64,000 nt of DNA from Podarcis vaucheri (lineage: Eukaryota): the NCBI GenBank assembly GCA_965113315.1, contig OZ220366.1; one strand, 5' to 3'. The notes under the pieces are model-generated. The model worked only from the letters and a program-made list of their open reading frames with translations, was not told where the DNA came from and ran no database searches. Positions within the stretch are counted from its first letter, which is position 1. The number at the start of each line of letters is the position of its first letter. A program made the position numbers and the translations under genes. Below are positions 27,150-40,689 of the stretch, in pieces.

Positions 27150-30100
27150 GCAACTCTCCTTGAATTTCTCCTTTGCTTTCTTGTCTTCTTGTTGTCAAAG
27201 GACATAACAAAGCTATTATTCTGCATGTTTAATGAAGGAATATCTTAGTGTCCTGTAGTTGCAGAGCAACATGGGAAAGTCTGCAGATGATTGATGACCA
27301 TAAGCCATAAATCTCCTTTTAATAAAAATACGGAATGCTATGAAAACTATGCTTTGCTCATACGTTAGTTTTGAAGACAAGCAATTGTATGGGCTGGTAA
27401 AAGGGAGGAATCCAATTATAGAAGAGTAGCTGTATTATCCGGTACCAGATTGCTGATCAACCTTCTAGCATCCAAAAATGAAGTTGACTGCTGTCTACTG
27501 AAGTACATATTTTAGCAAAGTTAAAATTACTTATACACAATGCTGCCTGAACTTGTTATGCATCCAGCATTCACAAAGACAGCTCATAATTATGAAATCA
27601 ACATTTCCCCTTCCCTGCCAACTCCATCATAATCTGAGCACACAACTCAACTGAAGTTTATATCTAGCTCATGCCTAACTTGCCAAGTTGCAACCAGGTA
27701 GCCTTTCCTTCTGTTACCACCCTTTCTCAGACAACTTATCTATGAAAACTGGGGTGGAACAGGAAACAGAAAAGAATGTCTAGTGGTAGTGGATGGCAGC
27801 CACCAACAAGCTCTCCCCTCTACTGATTCTCTTGCTTTGTTTGAGAAGGGGGTAAAAGAAGCAAAGAGGTGTAGTGGGGAGGAGGTAGGATAGATGGTTC
27901 AGTCTACTTTCAATCTGTGCCACTTTCATGTGGTAAATGATGCGTTCATCCTGTCCCTTTTCCACATGCACCTGTGATTTCTTTTTTTAGAAAAACTGCA
28001 CAAAAAATATAGTTTTGACAGCATTTTCAAAAATATACATTTCTCTTAAAACAGAGGGAAATGTAGAGGGGGGTGCTGGGTACACTTGCCTGAGGCCTTG
28101 GAAGGCTAAGCCGGCCAGGGGTTGGGTGCTGGAGACCGTCTGCTTTTTCAATTGAGTTTATAACTTTATTTTAACAAGACTCCTGCCCTGGGCCTGCCTT
28201 AAAACATTATTTTTGGTTTTAATTGAAGTTGCACATTTTTTTGTAATTTCCGTATGCATTTTGAGAATTGTATCATAAAATTGGGAGACATGTGAAAACT
28301 GAAGGATAACGATCTATGTATTTGTCTGGAAAGAGAGAATCAGGTCAATTTGTTTACAGGTTTAGACTGGGATGGGGGAGGAATACCCAAGCATTTGTAG
28401 TGAGATGTTTCCTCAGGTATGACAAAATTCTGAGCCTTCTTGGAAAACTTTTGGTAAAACACAGAGATCTCCATGAAAGCTATGAAAAGCCAAGCTAAAA
28501 AGGAGATGAATTTTGGAAGCCTATGCATCCCTACTTTGGGCCATCCCCAGTCACATACCTGCATATTACCACATGAAATCACAGGACAAACCTGATGTAT
28601 GTGCATTCCAGCCCATCAGTTTGGTAGTCATTTCCACAATACTCTTCTCCACTGCTGAATTCACAAGAATTACTGATGTGTACCTACTGTTGTATCCATA
28701 GAAGGCTGGGACATATGCCTTCCATATGATTGTATCCCCAGGGATGGTTGCAAAGAGTAAATGAAGGCATATTTTGAGTTCCATTTGTTTATGGTGAATC
28801 ATGCCTCAGCTCATTTTATGGATCTTAATTGAGTTCTGTAGAGGGTTACCTATGAAAGCCTATGCTACCATAAACAAATTTGTGTTACCTGATGTCATTT
28901 TATTAGGATATTTTCCTTTCTTACTCCCCTTTTCTCATTATCTATGTGTAAAATAAGAATATTTAACAAAGTAGTTTATGAATATCCAAGATTACCTCTA
29001 TTTTGTCACTCAATCATTGCCAAGATTAATGAGAACCAGTGCAGTAAATAATTGCTCTGAGCTGTTAAACACATCATCATTCTACTTGCTTATAGGGGAA
29101 CACATCTTATCATAGTTCTTATACATGATTAATGCTGCTATACTAATTTTTTTTGAGTCTAGCAGAATCTGCTAGAGGAGTTCTCATATTAGTGCCATGG
29201 CCAAAATAAAGCAGAATCCAAAGTAGACTCACTTTTCTGAGTGGTAATGTTGACAGACATGAGCTTAAGTAGATCCAATTCACAAAAATCGTTTTTGATA
29301 TAGTTTTAATATCATTTATGAAAGCTATTCTCCTATAGGTATAGTTGTCTTCAAACTTAATGACTTATCCTTTATAAAAAAAGAACCAAAATAAGTTATA
29401 GAACCTAATCTCCCACATTATGAAAAATTAACATTATGAATTCAGAATGGTTCTATTTGGTTACAAAGTACCAGAGGTTTTTAAAATGTCATTTTTAATG
29501 GCTCAGAATAATCTTTCTCGCTGAGGAATAAAAACTCATGATTTTTTTATCATTATTTGCAACAGAAAGTTCTTTTAGATTTGCATAACATTGCTATTAG
29601 AAATGAGGACATCTGACTTTATCCTGGTTGGAAAAATATTTTTTGAGATATTCCAGCAGAGAAAACAGAAGCTATAAACTGACATGGAAGGATATTTGTT
29701 GATGACCATGTCAGCATCATTTTTTTTCTAATCTTGTATTTCTCTCTCCCCTACCCCACATTAATATTAGAAACTGTTATTGTGTAACTTTTTTGTTTTA
29801 GATACATTTGAACAATAATATATGAGTATAATAACCAAGTTATCACTATACTCTGTATGCAGACACTCCAGTCCAAACAGTACCAATATGGATATGAAGC
29901 TGGCTTTTCCATTTGTATGTATGCCTAGCTGGATAGAAAATTGTGCATGCATCACACATGATTTCCCAGGCAATCCAACAACTGGGGGCTGCATGTGCAT
30001 AGCACTTTTGGGTAGAGTGTGCATCAGATTTGGATGAATCCCAAATCTTTAGGTGAAGCGCAATGCCTTGGCATGATCTTGGATTATCAGAGGTGAAGTG

Positions 30101-30743
30101 GGATTTCTATGAAGCTGTACAAGTTGAAACAGGTACCACTGAAGCATTACACGATATAGACATCAAAAACTGCACCAGACAAGCATCTGCTGAAAGCAAA
30201 AGCAATGCCTCTAAGCTTACAATGAGGCAATAATGCCATAGGGTGGAATAATGGGGAAAGAGAGAGCAAACCGCAGGGTGGAGAGAGGGCAGAAGGTGAC
30301 TCACTGATCAAGCTTGTCATCAGACGGAATGAGCTCCTTCATTATAAGATCTTGCTTATAATTAGAGGAAATGGTACCGGCGCTCTCTAATATCAAAGTT
30401 TTGGTTAAGAAATGTTGATGGAGTGCTTAATTGACATCACTGTCAGTGGAGGCTGGGATTGATAGCTGTTGGGTGTGTGTGTGAGTGTGATGTCCTCCAG
30501 AGGTGAAGCTCAAGTCCTATTTGTTTTCAATTTGGCAGACCTCTCTTGTGTGCTATTTACAGGCCACTTGCCAAAAAAACAACAACACACACGAACACAA
30601 AATGAGGAGACAAATTGATTCTTTTACTCTCCCTAAAACTGTAACGGTTGCTCTTGTGGGAAAACTACTGCTGCTAACTTTCTGAAATTTGGCAGGATTC
30701 ATGCCCTCAGAAGGAATTACTTTACCTGCAAATTTCAGCCAAT

Positions 30744-30769
30744 TCTCTCTCTCTCTGTCTCTCTCTGTC

Positions 30770-30813
<44 letters not shown>
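30744..30813. repeat. (CT)n microsatellite with CTGT interruptions
   Basis: Directly visible. Confidence 0.96.
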
Positions 30814-30820
<7 letters not shown>

Positions 30821-31634
30821 GACATGCTTCATCCATTTTTTTCAAAATACCCTGCCTTTTGACCCTCACAAGTGTTTGTCTTTTCCCCTTTAAGATACTG
30901 TAAATCTAGGTTCCTACACCTCCAGATGTTGGATACCTGACAGGCTACATGGTCGCTCCACTTGTATTAATGCTGTGCTCCTTGGAGCACCTGAACTATG
31001 CAGGGATGGCTGACCCTCAGTTCGGGGGCCTGATCTGCCCCCCTCCCAAGCAAATCTTTCTATCCCTCAGCCAAGACTAATTTTGGCAGTGGTGCTGGCA
31101 AAAAAAACCAAAAAACCTTGGATATAGCACTACAGCGGTCGAAGACCCTGATATAGAGATGCAAAATTTCCCTTATTCATACATCAGATCAATTATTTGA
31201 GGAGTGGAAATATATAGATATCTGATAGCTATTAGATATCTAAGTTGTTTTTTTTTTATAATAATTTTTATTGCATTTTTTCCAAATTACAGAAAGAACA
31301 AAAGGATAGGCAGAATAGAAGAAAAAAAGAAAAAAGAACAGAAAATCACAAACCATTTCAGCAACTTATTTCAAATTTCCATTGGACTTCCCCACATCTC
31401 CCCCATGATGCATTCTTGATAATAAAGTTATCAGCAAATTATACCCTTATTTCGTGTGTTTCTTTATATTTTCAATTGCAATTTAAGTTTAAATCTCTTA
31501 TTCTCCTTTTACTCTAAAGATATAACATAGTGTCATTTTTACCCATTTAAACTTTGATTCTTTCATAAATGTTATCAATTTCATAGGTAATTAAATTTCA
31601 TTGCTGGGGCTAACGTTCCAAATCATACGGCATC

Positions 31635-34600
31635 TTATGTTTCATACAACTTATAATACTTTTGCAAATAGTCTTTAAATTTTTTCCAGTCCTCCTCCAT
31701 TGCCTCTTCTCCCAAGTCTCGGATCCTTGCAGTCATCTCGGCCAGTTCCATGTAGTTCATCAATTGCGTCTGCCAGTCCTCCAGTGTGGGCAAATCTTGG
31801 GTCTTCCAATGCTTAGCGATAAGGATTCTTGCTGCTGTTGTAGCGTACATAAAAAATGTTCTATCCTTTTTTAACACCTTCTGGCCGACAATGCCCAGAA
31901 GGAAGGCCTCTGGTTTCTTGGGGAAGGTGTACTTGAACACCTTTTTTAACTCGTTATAGATCATTTCCCAAAAGGCCTTCAGTCTTGGACAAGTCCACCA
32001 GAGGTGAAAGAATGTCCCTTCAGCCTCCTTGCATTTCCAACATTTATTGTCAGACAAATGGTATATCTTAGCGAGCTTGACTGGGGTCATGTACCACCTG
32101 TATACCATTTTCATAATGTTTTCTTTCAAGGCATTACATGCCGTAAATTTCATACCGGTGGTCCATAACCTTTCCCAGTCCTCAGACATAATATTGTAAC
32201 CAATGTCTTGAGCCCATTTTATCATGGCTGATTTAACTGTCTCATCCTGAGTATTCCATTTAAGCAGCAAGTTGTACATTCTCGATAATACCTTGGTACC
32301 AATTTTGCACCTTATCCTTTAATTTTTCAAAGCTCTGCAACCTCCAATTGCCTCCAATGTTTTCTATTATTTCCCAATATTTCGGCCAATATGCCTCCAT
32401 ATTGGATGTTTTCCGAGCTTTGGCCTCTATTGGTGAAATCCACCTCGGAGTTTTACTTTCCAGTAAGTCTTTGTATTTTTTCCAGACCATATATATTGCT
32501 TTTCTGACAATATGGTTTTTGAACATTCCATGTGTTTTCCCCTTGTCATACCACAAATACGCATGCCAACCTAACGAATTATTGAAGCCTTCCAGATCAA
32601 GGACATCAGTGTTTTCCAATAAGATCCAATCTTTCATCCAGCAGAAGGCCGCAGCTTCATAATATAACCTTAAGTCCGGCAGGGCGAACCCCCCTCTCTC
32701 CTTTGCATCAGTTAGTATTTTAAACTTTATTCGGGGCTTTTTGCCCTGCCAGACAAACCTAGAAATATCCCTCTGCCACTTTCCAAAACATTCCACTCTG
32801 TCCACGACCTGCAAGGCTTGAAACAAAAACAACATCTTTGGCAAAACGTTCATTTTTATAGCTGCAATTCGGCCTAACAAGGATAATTTCAATCTTGACC
32901 AAATTTCTAGATCTTTTTTCATAGTTATCTTTAAACAGATTCAAATTCTTAGAAGACAGGTTGACCCCCAGGTATTTCACTTTTTTAACAATGTTTAGTT
33001 CTGTTTCCTTCTGAAACCCCTCTGTTTCAGTAACCGTCAAGTTTTTCCCTAGCACCTTAGTTTTTTGTTTGTTCAGCTTAAAACCCGCCACCCGACCAAA
33101 TTTCTGAATCAATTCCAAAACTCTTTTTGTACTAGGTTCTGGCTCCTGTAATGTTAAAACCAAGTCATCTGCAAATGCTTTCAGTTTATATTGTTTCGCT
33201 CCGACCCGTATTCCTTGTACCTGCCGATCCTCCCTTATCATATTCAGCAAAACCTCCAGGACTGAAATAAACAACAGAGGGGATAGGGGGCACCCCTGGC
33301 GTGTTCCTTTTTCAATATGAAGTTCTTCTGTCACCACATTGTTCACTATCAACTTAGCTTTTTGTTCTGAATAGATTGCCTCTATTCCATTCTCAAACCC
33401 CCTTCCCACTCCCATCCCTTCCAAGTTTTTCTTCATAAATTTCCAAGAAATGTTGTCAAAGGCCTTCTCCGCATCAATAAAAATTAACACTGCTTTGGTG
33501 TTAATATTTGTTTGTAAAAGTTCCAGAATATCGATAATATTCCTGGTGTTATCAAACAAGTGTCTACCTGGGAGAAAGCCTGCTTGGTCCTTATGAATTA
33601 CTTCATTTAATACTTTTTAAAATCTGTTAGCCAACACATCTGCAAATATTTTGTAATCCACGTTTAGGAGTGAGATGGGGCGGTAGTTCTTAAGTTGAGT
33701 CTTTTCAGTTTCCACTTTAGGTATCAGTGTGATGAATGCTTCTTTCCACGTATCTGGTGCCCTCCCTCCCCCCATAATCTGGTTACAAACCTCCATTAAT
33801 GGTTGTATCAAATAGTCTTTTAACATCCTGTAGTACTTGGAGGTGAGTCCATCAGGGCCTGGAGATTTGCCTAGTTGCATATTCTGAATGGCATCCTCGA
33901 TTTCCTGTTGTGTTATTTTACAATTCAAGATTGATCTCTTCTCTTGAGATAATTTTGGTAGGCCGTTGTCTTTCAAAAATTGTTCTATCTCAGTTGCTTC
34001 CTCGGATTCTTGTGTGTACAATTTTTTAAAATATTTCTGGAAACACTTTCTAATTTCTCCCGGTTTCTGAATGTTTTTCCCTTCAACTTCTAAGTTGGTG
34101 ACATAATTTAATTTTTGTCTCTTTTTCAACTGCCAAGCTAGCAGTTTCCCACATTTGTTCGCAGATTCAAAAGATCTTTGTTTCATTTGTTTGATTTTCC
34201 ATTCCACTTCTTGGTTAATCAATTTCGCATATTGTGACTGGTGAAATTTGATTTCTCTTAAAGTCTCTTTTGATTTTGGATTCACTCTTAATTTTTTCTC
34301 TCCATCTCTTATCTTCTCCAATATCTTGTCTTTTTTACCATTCCAAAGTTTTTTCTTGATCGTATTCTGTTGTATCAGAAACCCTCTCATAACAGCTTTG
34401 CTTGCGTCCCAGATTATTCTTTTTTCCACCGAGGTATTCAAGTTAATTTCAAAATAGTCCTTTAAAGCTTTTTGGGCCTTCTTTACAATCTCTTGATCTC
34501 TTAGCAGGTTGTCATTCATTTTCCATCTGAAGGAGTCGGCAGTAGTAAATCTCATTTCCATTTTCAAAGCGTTATGGTCGGAGCAAGTCTTTGGGCAGAT

Positions 34601-35257
34601 TTCTATTTTTATAGTCTTAGGTGCCAGCCCTCTAGTTGCCCAGATTTGGTCGATTCTTGTCCATGACAGGTGGGCCTCAGAAAAGAAAGTTCCTTCTTTA
34701 CCTAGGGGGTTTCTCGTCCTCCATAAATCAATTAGGTCCATATTGTCAGTTAGTTCAAAGAAAGTTTTTGGTAGTCTTCCATCTTTAGTCAGATTCTGAT
34801 TCTGTGACTTATCCATAAAAGTAGAGACGACCCCATTCATATCTCCCATCATAATGATGTTGGAATAGTCCAGATAGTCCAGTAGTGTCTCATGCAGCTT
34901 CTTATAAAATTCTGATTTCCCCTCATTTGGTGCATATATTCCTAATATCAAAACTTTCTCTCCTTGAGTCGAAATTTCAATAGCCAGGATTCTTCCTTGT
35001 TCATCTTTAAACAAAAATTTTGGTGATAAATTCTCCTTGGCGTAGATCACCACGCCTCTCTTCTTAACTCTATCTGATGAAATAAATTCTTGGCCTAATC
35101 TTTTATTTATTAACACCTTCCTGTGTAACCTGGTCACGTGGGTTTCTTGCAAACAAATTATGTCCAAATTCTCTTTCTTTAGAATATGGAAGATCCTTTT
35201 GCGTTTTTCTGGGGAATTCGCGCCATTAATGTTCCAACTATACAGCTGCAGAGACAT
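31635..35257 (-). pseudogene. L1 ORF2 (APE endonuclease, reverse transcriptase, CCHC), disrupted
   Basis: ATG at 35257, 17 nt after the ORF1 stop. EN motifs SWNING, LQETH, IYAPN, GDMN, RID, SDH; RT motifs YRPISLLN, DAEKAFD, GTRQGCPLSP, FADD, KYLG; C-terminal CWKC-x8-H-x4-C. In-frame TAA at 33617-33619; frameshifts near 32915 and 32297. Confidence 0.94.
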
Positions 35258-35274
35258 CCTGTAACAATCTGTTG

Positions 35275-36324
35275 TTACTCTTGTTGGGCGTCTTCTTTTT
35301 TGTCCAAATCCGAGGGTGGTAACTCTTTTCCAGACTCTGGTGGTGGCCAAATAGCTGCCACTCCTTTCTGCAAGTCTTCTCCGTGGTCGTGTAGGAACTT
35401 CTGGCTGTCCTCTTTCGTTTTGATTTTTGTCTTCTTTCCTTTGTATTTGAATGAGAGGCCTTGTGGGAACTCCCACCTGTATGGTATTCCGTTACCCCTC
35501 AAAAGTCCAGCTAGGTCAGTGTAGTTAGATCTGAGATCCAGTAATTGTTTAGGAATATCCTTGTAGATTTGTGCTCTTCTGTCCTGGATCTCAAGTGCTT
35601 TGTTAAAATGTAGGTCGAGTAGCTTGTCTCTCTCCTGCTTAGTCCTTAAGATAATCAAACAGTCTCTAGGTCTGTCCTTCCCAGCAGCTCTTCCCAATCT
35701 GAATGCAGTTGTTATTTTAAAGTCTGTATCTTCGTTTATACCCCAGAATTTAGAAAATTCTGTTGTTAAAAAGCCAATCAAGTCCTCTTTCTCAATCTCT
35801 GGGATAGAGCGTAATCTCAAATTATTTTCCCTGTTTCGCAGTTCCACCAAAGACAGATAGGCCTGTTGGTCAGTAATATGTTTATGGAGCGGCCTTACCT
35901 CTCCTTTCAATTCCTCCACTTCTTTAGTTGCTGCTTCTGCTTTTTCATTCGCAGCCTCGGCCAATTTTCGATTTTCAGATACAACGTCCTTTAGACTTCC
36001 AATATCTTGTGAATGCTTAGCCACCTGTTCAGAGAGTTTGGTAATTGAAGATGTGGCTAAGTCAATTTTTGCAGTTTGATCATCCACTTTTTTGTTCAAA
36101 ATTGCAAATTGTTGTAACATTTCCTCTAGGAGAATGTTAGATCCCCCAGCTGCCATATCTTCACTTGTTAACTGTTCAGGTTCTTCAGCTGGGGTTGTTG
36201 GTGATGGTACAGCCTGTAGAACCGCAGGGACTGAAGATCTGTGAGCCTGGGAAACCAGAGTTGATTGTACCAATTTGCCTTTGCCTGCTTTCGACGCAGC
36301 TCTTGTTTTTACTCGGTTGCTCAT
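35275..36324 (-). CDS. L1 ORF1p, intact, 349 aa (coiled coil, RRM, CTD)
   Basis: Heptad-rich helical region, then RNRENNLRLRSIPE, AFRLG, PRDCLIIL, IYKDIP and YRWEFPQGLSF, matching the L1 ORF1 motif order. Confidence 0.9.
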   Translation of the reverse strand: MSNRVKTRAASKAGKGKLVQSTLVSQAHRSSVPAVLQAVPSPTTPAEEPEQLTSEDMAAGGSNILLEEMLQQFAILNKKVDDQTAKIDLATSSITKLSEQVAKHSQDIGSLKDVVSENRKLAEAANEKAEAATKEVEELKGEVRPLHKHITDQQAYLSLVELRNRENNLRLRSIPEIEKEDLIGFLTTEFSKFWGINEDTDFKITTAFRLGRAAGKDRPRDCLIILRTKQERDKLLDLHFNKALEIQDRRAQIYKDIPKQLLDLRSNYTDLAGLLRGNGIPYRWEFPQGLSFKYKGKKTKIKTKEDSQKFLHDHGEDLQKGVAAIWPPPESGKELPPSDLDKKEDAQQE

Positions 36325-36929
36325 TCCACACCTGTCTTTGGATTCAAGGTCAAGCTGTCAAAAGTTCCATGGAAAAGACAGGCCTCAGAGTGAATAACCA
36401 GACCACAGAGAGACAAAACAAAGTTGGTTCTCAGGAAATTGTAAATCCCAAACTCCACTAGAGGGAGTATTGTTCAGTTCATGAAAGAAGAAACAAAGTT
36501 TCAGTCGCCATTAAAGTTCCTACAGTTAAATAAGTAAGCCATAGTCTTTAGAGAGGACCTTTTCCCTCTGGCAGAGCCCTCTCAATTTTGCCACAATAGT
36601 TTCTTAAAAGGTGCAAAATACAGTTGCTTAATTGTATCCACCAGTAATGCCTCTAAGTATCAGTTTCAGCTTTGTAAGTGTATCCGCAAAACAGCCTTTT
36701 GCCCACTGCAAGTCCGGGACTAGGGGTTTTCAAGTCTTTAAAGTTTTTAAAAGTCTAACAGAGGAGAAAAACCCCAAACAGAATAAACACAGTAGCAGGA
36801 AAAAAAAGATAACTTGCCTTTCACCTTCAGTTTCCAACTTCTCCAGACGTATGCTGTCTCTCATTTAAAAACCCTTTTGTACTGCTTCCAGCTTGTCAGT
36901 TCCTTTGCCTTTGATCACTAAGCACCACC

Positions 36930-37248
36930 GGGAGACGGACTTCCTTTTTCTCGTCTCCCGCTTTCAGCCGAATTCACGAATTTATAATCCAATCTCAAAT
37001 AAGTCTTACTCACGAGTAGTTAATTTGTAATCCAATGTAAAGGAAGAAAGGTCGGCGCTCATCCGTAACAGCCGCGCGGCTTCACTCCCGCAGAAAGAGC
37101 GATGAATCCACAGCACCGCTTCCCCTCCGCGCTTCCGGAGCCCCTTACGGGGTCCCTTCTTCGTTTTGGGGGTCGCTCTGGGTGCCCGCCGGATCCCACG
37201 GCCACGAGCTCGCTCTGCTCGTGGTTTAACTTAATGGGTCGTCGCTTT
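36930..37248 (-). promoter_or_regulatory. CpG-rich L1 5' UTR, probable internal promoter
   Basis: Dense CpGs at the element 5' end in an otherwise CpG-poor window. Internal Pol II promoters are established for L1; activity here is inferred. Confidence 0.65.
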
Positions 37249-37527
37249 TATTAGATATCTAAGTTAAAAGCATTTTACACCAGCCTCAATGAGGATGTAG
37301 TTAAATTGAAATTGAAGCATAAATACTTTAGCACCTTTCTACAAGGTATTTGCTTTGATTGATTATTGCTGTAACTAATCCCAAATGCTTCCAGTTTCTA
37401 GGATTCACAACCTTAGCTGTCACTACAATCCTTCCTTTCTACAGCAGAATTAGTGAATGAAACCAATTATCTGAGAAATGATGTATTCCCATTAGTTTCC
37501 ACTACCAAACTACAGTGGTGTAATATA

Positions 37528-37743
37528 CAGTGGTACCTCTGGTTCCGAACCGGATCCGTTCCGGAGGCCCGATTGCAACGTGAAAAGCCCGCAACCTGAT
37601 GCTTGTGCGAAGAGCGATTTAGCGCTACTGCGCATGCGCGAGTGACAAAACCTGGAAGTAACCCTTTGCGGTACTTCTGGGTCGCTGTGGGACAGAACCT
37701 GAAAAAACATAACATGAAGCAAATGTAATGTGAGGTATGACTG
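37528..37743. mobile_element. Tc1/mariner (Tigger/pogo-like) MITE
   Basis: TA|CAGTGGTACCTC ... GAGGTATGACTG|TA; TA TSD. Confidence 0.82.
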
Positions 37744-37745
37744 TA

Positions 37746-38307
37746 GTGCAGAAAGAGCCACTGAGGCTCTCCTGGTATGCCCCATGGAGGACCTTAAGGT
37801 CCATAAATAGCAACACCCTAGAGGTCCCGGGCCCTAAGGAAGTCAGATTAGCCTCAACCAGAGTCAGGGCCTTTTCAACACTGGCTCCGGCCTGGTGGAA
37901 CGCTCTGTCTCATGAGACCAGGGCCCTGCAGGATCTGATTTCTTTCTGCAAGGCCTGTAAGACAGAGTTGTTCCACCTAGCCTTTGGTTTGGAATCAACT
38001 TGATCCCCTCACCCTCTTTCTTTTTTCCCCCTTTCTCTTTCTGTGACAGAAATCCTATTTGGGGACTTCCCTGGCTTCCCACATAGGCTCAGTCTGGATA
38101 GTTAGCCTTGGTGAAGACTTGACCTTTTCACTCCCCAAAAAGTTTTTGATTTGAGTTTCTACTGAAATGAGGCTGCATTTTAATGTTGTATTTTAATCTT
38201 GTTTTTTAAGTTGTATTTCAATCAATTGTTTTTATACCTGGTGTTAGCCGCCCTGAGCGTGGTCTTGGCTAGGGAGGATGGGGTATAAATAAATGTTATT
38301 ACTACTA

Positions 38308-38341
<34 letters not shown>
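37746..38341 (+). mobile_element. L2 LINE 3' fragment with (TAC)n tail
   Basis: RTLRS...RAFSTLAPAWWNAL...FCKACKTELFHLAF is the L2 ORF2 C-terminal signature; 3' UTR ends AGCCGCCCTGAG...GGGGTATAAATAAA(TAC)n. Confidence 0.87.
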
Positions 38342-40689
38342 ATTGGCACCAACAATTTTTTAAAAACTATCAATCAGGATATTTTCCCCATTCCAGTTTT
38401 GTATCAGTTCCTTGGTTCTAGTCTACATTCCGTTCCTTCTGAACTACAGCCTTGGCTCAGGCCCTCTACTTTTGCATTAAATCAACATGTGACAAGAAAG
38501 AGTGAGGACAAGTACATCAGCATCCCCTGCCTCTCTCCACATTACCATCTCTATTGCTCTCCATGAATGATAGGGTTAACTTTTGCAGTGAGGAGCCAAC
38601 TTTCCTGATGCAGGCTCCTTGTATGACCTGAGAAACCTGGAGAATGAGCAGCCTATACCACATGGAGACGTTACATTGTCCTTGCTATCCTCTACACACA
38701 ATGTGAATTGATTTTCCGCAGAGGTAGAATGTCTGAATAGGGCTTAGGAGACTTTCTAAAATCAGCTTCAGAACTAGAGAGTGCACATCATGTTGCAGTT
38801 TCCAGTTCCTTTCATTAATTAACATATTTCCCTTCCATTACCAATTCACTCTGCTAAAACTGCAGGCAAGGAACTCTTGATGTGACATGTATAATAGTGT
38901 CATATTCTTTTTATGCTGCATGGGCACATGCACAATCCCATCAAGACTGCTTCTCTGCTGTGTCCTGCCACTGTGCATGTTTGTATCAGCAATGCAGAAA
39001 GACCCAAATGAATGGAAAGAATGAAAAGGTGTGGGCTTCTGAATGCATGCACAGCCTTCACCATGAGATAGAGGTGGAATCTACACACATATAAAAAAAA
39101 GTTCTGAAAATGCTTTTTTAAAAGTGTTTTTAAAAATACATTGAATTTTCCATAAGGCTCACCATCACCATCTTGTGTCACATTGTATATTGCACTCAAA
39201 ACACACTTAAAACATTTTATTTGCCCCTGTATAGCTGAGTCAGAAACAGGAACAGATTGCGATAGTGTATTGGTTTCACTTTGGAAACAAGACTGTGGAT
39301 AAATGAGGATGGGGTAATTCTGGAAGCATTTCTATTAAAAATCAAATAGGAGCATCCCTCTGAAAGGCTGGGAGAGAAGTCTGTGATGGCAACTGAGCTT
39401 CCAAGGCTTCAACGACAAGGTAATAACAAAGCCTTTGGGCCTATTTCCCTTCAGTGCTCTCTCTCACAGTGTAATTTCCATTAATGTCAATAGGGGATTA
39501 CAGACTTATACGGAAGAGAGTTTATCTTCCAGTGTGTGAAAGTGATTTATTACCATTAGGACTTTGGGAATAAAAAGGAACCTGGAACCTAGAAATGTAG
39601 GGGCGTTTATCTGCTTTTAATGCAGGAGCAGCTTTATTATATGGGAGCCAAATATTTAACTTAAGCAGTTAACAAGATGTATTAATAATATTTAAGTGGT
39701 ATGATGGTTCCTGATGCATCCTTACACTGGCAGAACTTAATAGGTCAAGGGACATTCATGGTAAATCCTGTTAATGTATGGAAATGACAAGGCTATTTCT
39801 CCAAGGTCTTGATTTTTATAGACTGAGCATTTTGCATTTCCAAAAGATCCAGGATCATTTGTCTCTGAATGGTAAATGATCTAAAATTCCCAGTGCATAA
39901 CATGCTGTGAGCACAGCCATAAATTAATTATATGTGTTTTTATGCTTGAAATGTTTTATCAGTGGAATAATTCTACAGCTGAGAAAAAAGAACAACAGAC
40001 CTGATTTTGACCTCTGCTGCAACATTTCATTGCCATTACTACAGACAAAAGACTCTAAAAAATAGATGAAAGCTCATAACTTAATGTGTATTCTTGAGTC
40101 AAAATCCACATCCAAATTTACCACTAGTAATATGAGAATGTGTTCCTGTGATGAGATCCCTTACTGTTCTGATAAGCATCTGGACAAAAATGTTCAAACA
40201 TCGTGGGTTCTCCTTAGGTATGGACGTCTGGCTATTTCCATTACCATTTCACATGTTTATACACATGATTCTGCTCCAGTTCAGCATTAATTTGTGGTTA
40301 TTTAAAAAATGAAACTTCCCAAAATATGAATTTAAATATGCATTCTATCTCAAGGTACATATTTAAAGGTGTATTTTGATACATTTAAACGGTGTATCAC
40401 AATATATGAAGGAATGGAAAAGAAGAAAGGAAAGGTGGGAGAGAATAATGAGGAGAAGGATGTCCTGCTTTTCCTTCCAAAGGAGCCAAGTGCAGCAAAC
40501 ACACTACTAATAAAACATCTAAAAACCATTCCAGTATAGATGCAGCTTGGGAAAGATCTCTACTTCAAAGGTTTCTTGGAGGAGGAATGGCCAACAGTGA
40601 GAGCACCTGCCTAATATTTAATAGGAGGGAATTATAAATGGTAGCTTCTTTTAATCTTCAGGTGCTTATTTTCAGTTATTACTCTTCAG

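Larger units (their letters stand above)
31247..37248 (-). mobile_element. Near full-length L1-clade LINE (~6.0 kb)
   Basis: 17-bp TSD TATTAGATATCTAAGTT at 31230-31246 and 37249-37265. Minus-strand AATAAA (31267-31272) plus A-tail; ORF1 and EN-RT-CCHC ORF2; CpG-rich 5' end; TTTT/AA-type target site. Confidence 0.96.

Noticed and set aside
35258-35476. 73-aa N-terminal extension of ORF2 in the ORF track
   Set aside because: Non-ATG start overlapping ORF1 in another frame; the endonuclease begins at the ATG at 35257.
32348-36461. Plus-strand ORFs antisense to L1
   Set aside because: Shadow frames of the L1 coding strand, with no independent evidence of function.
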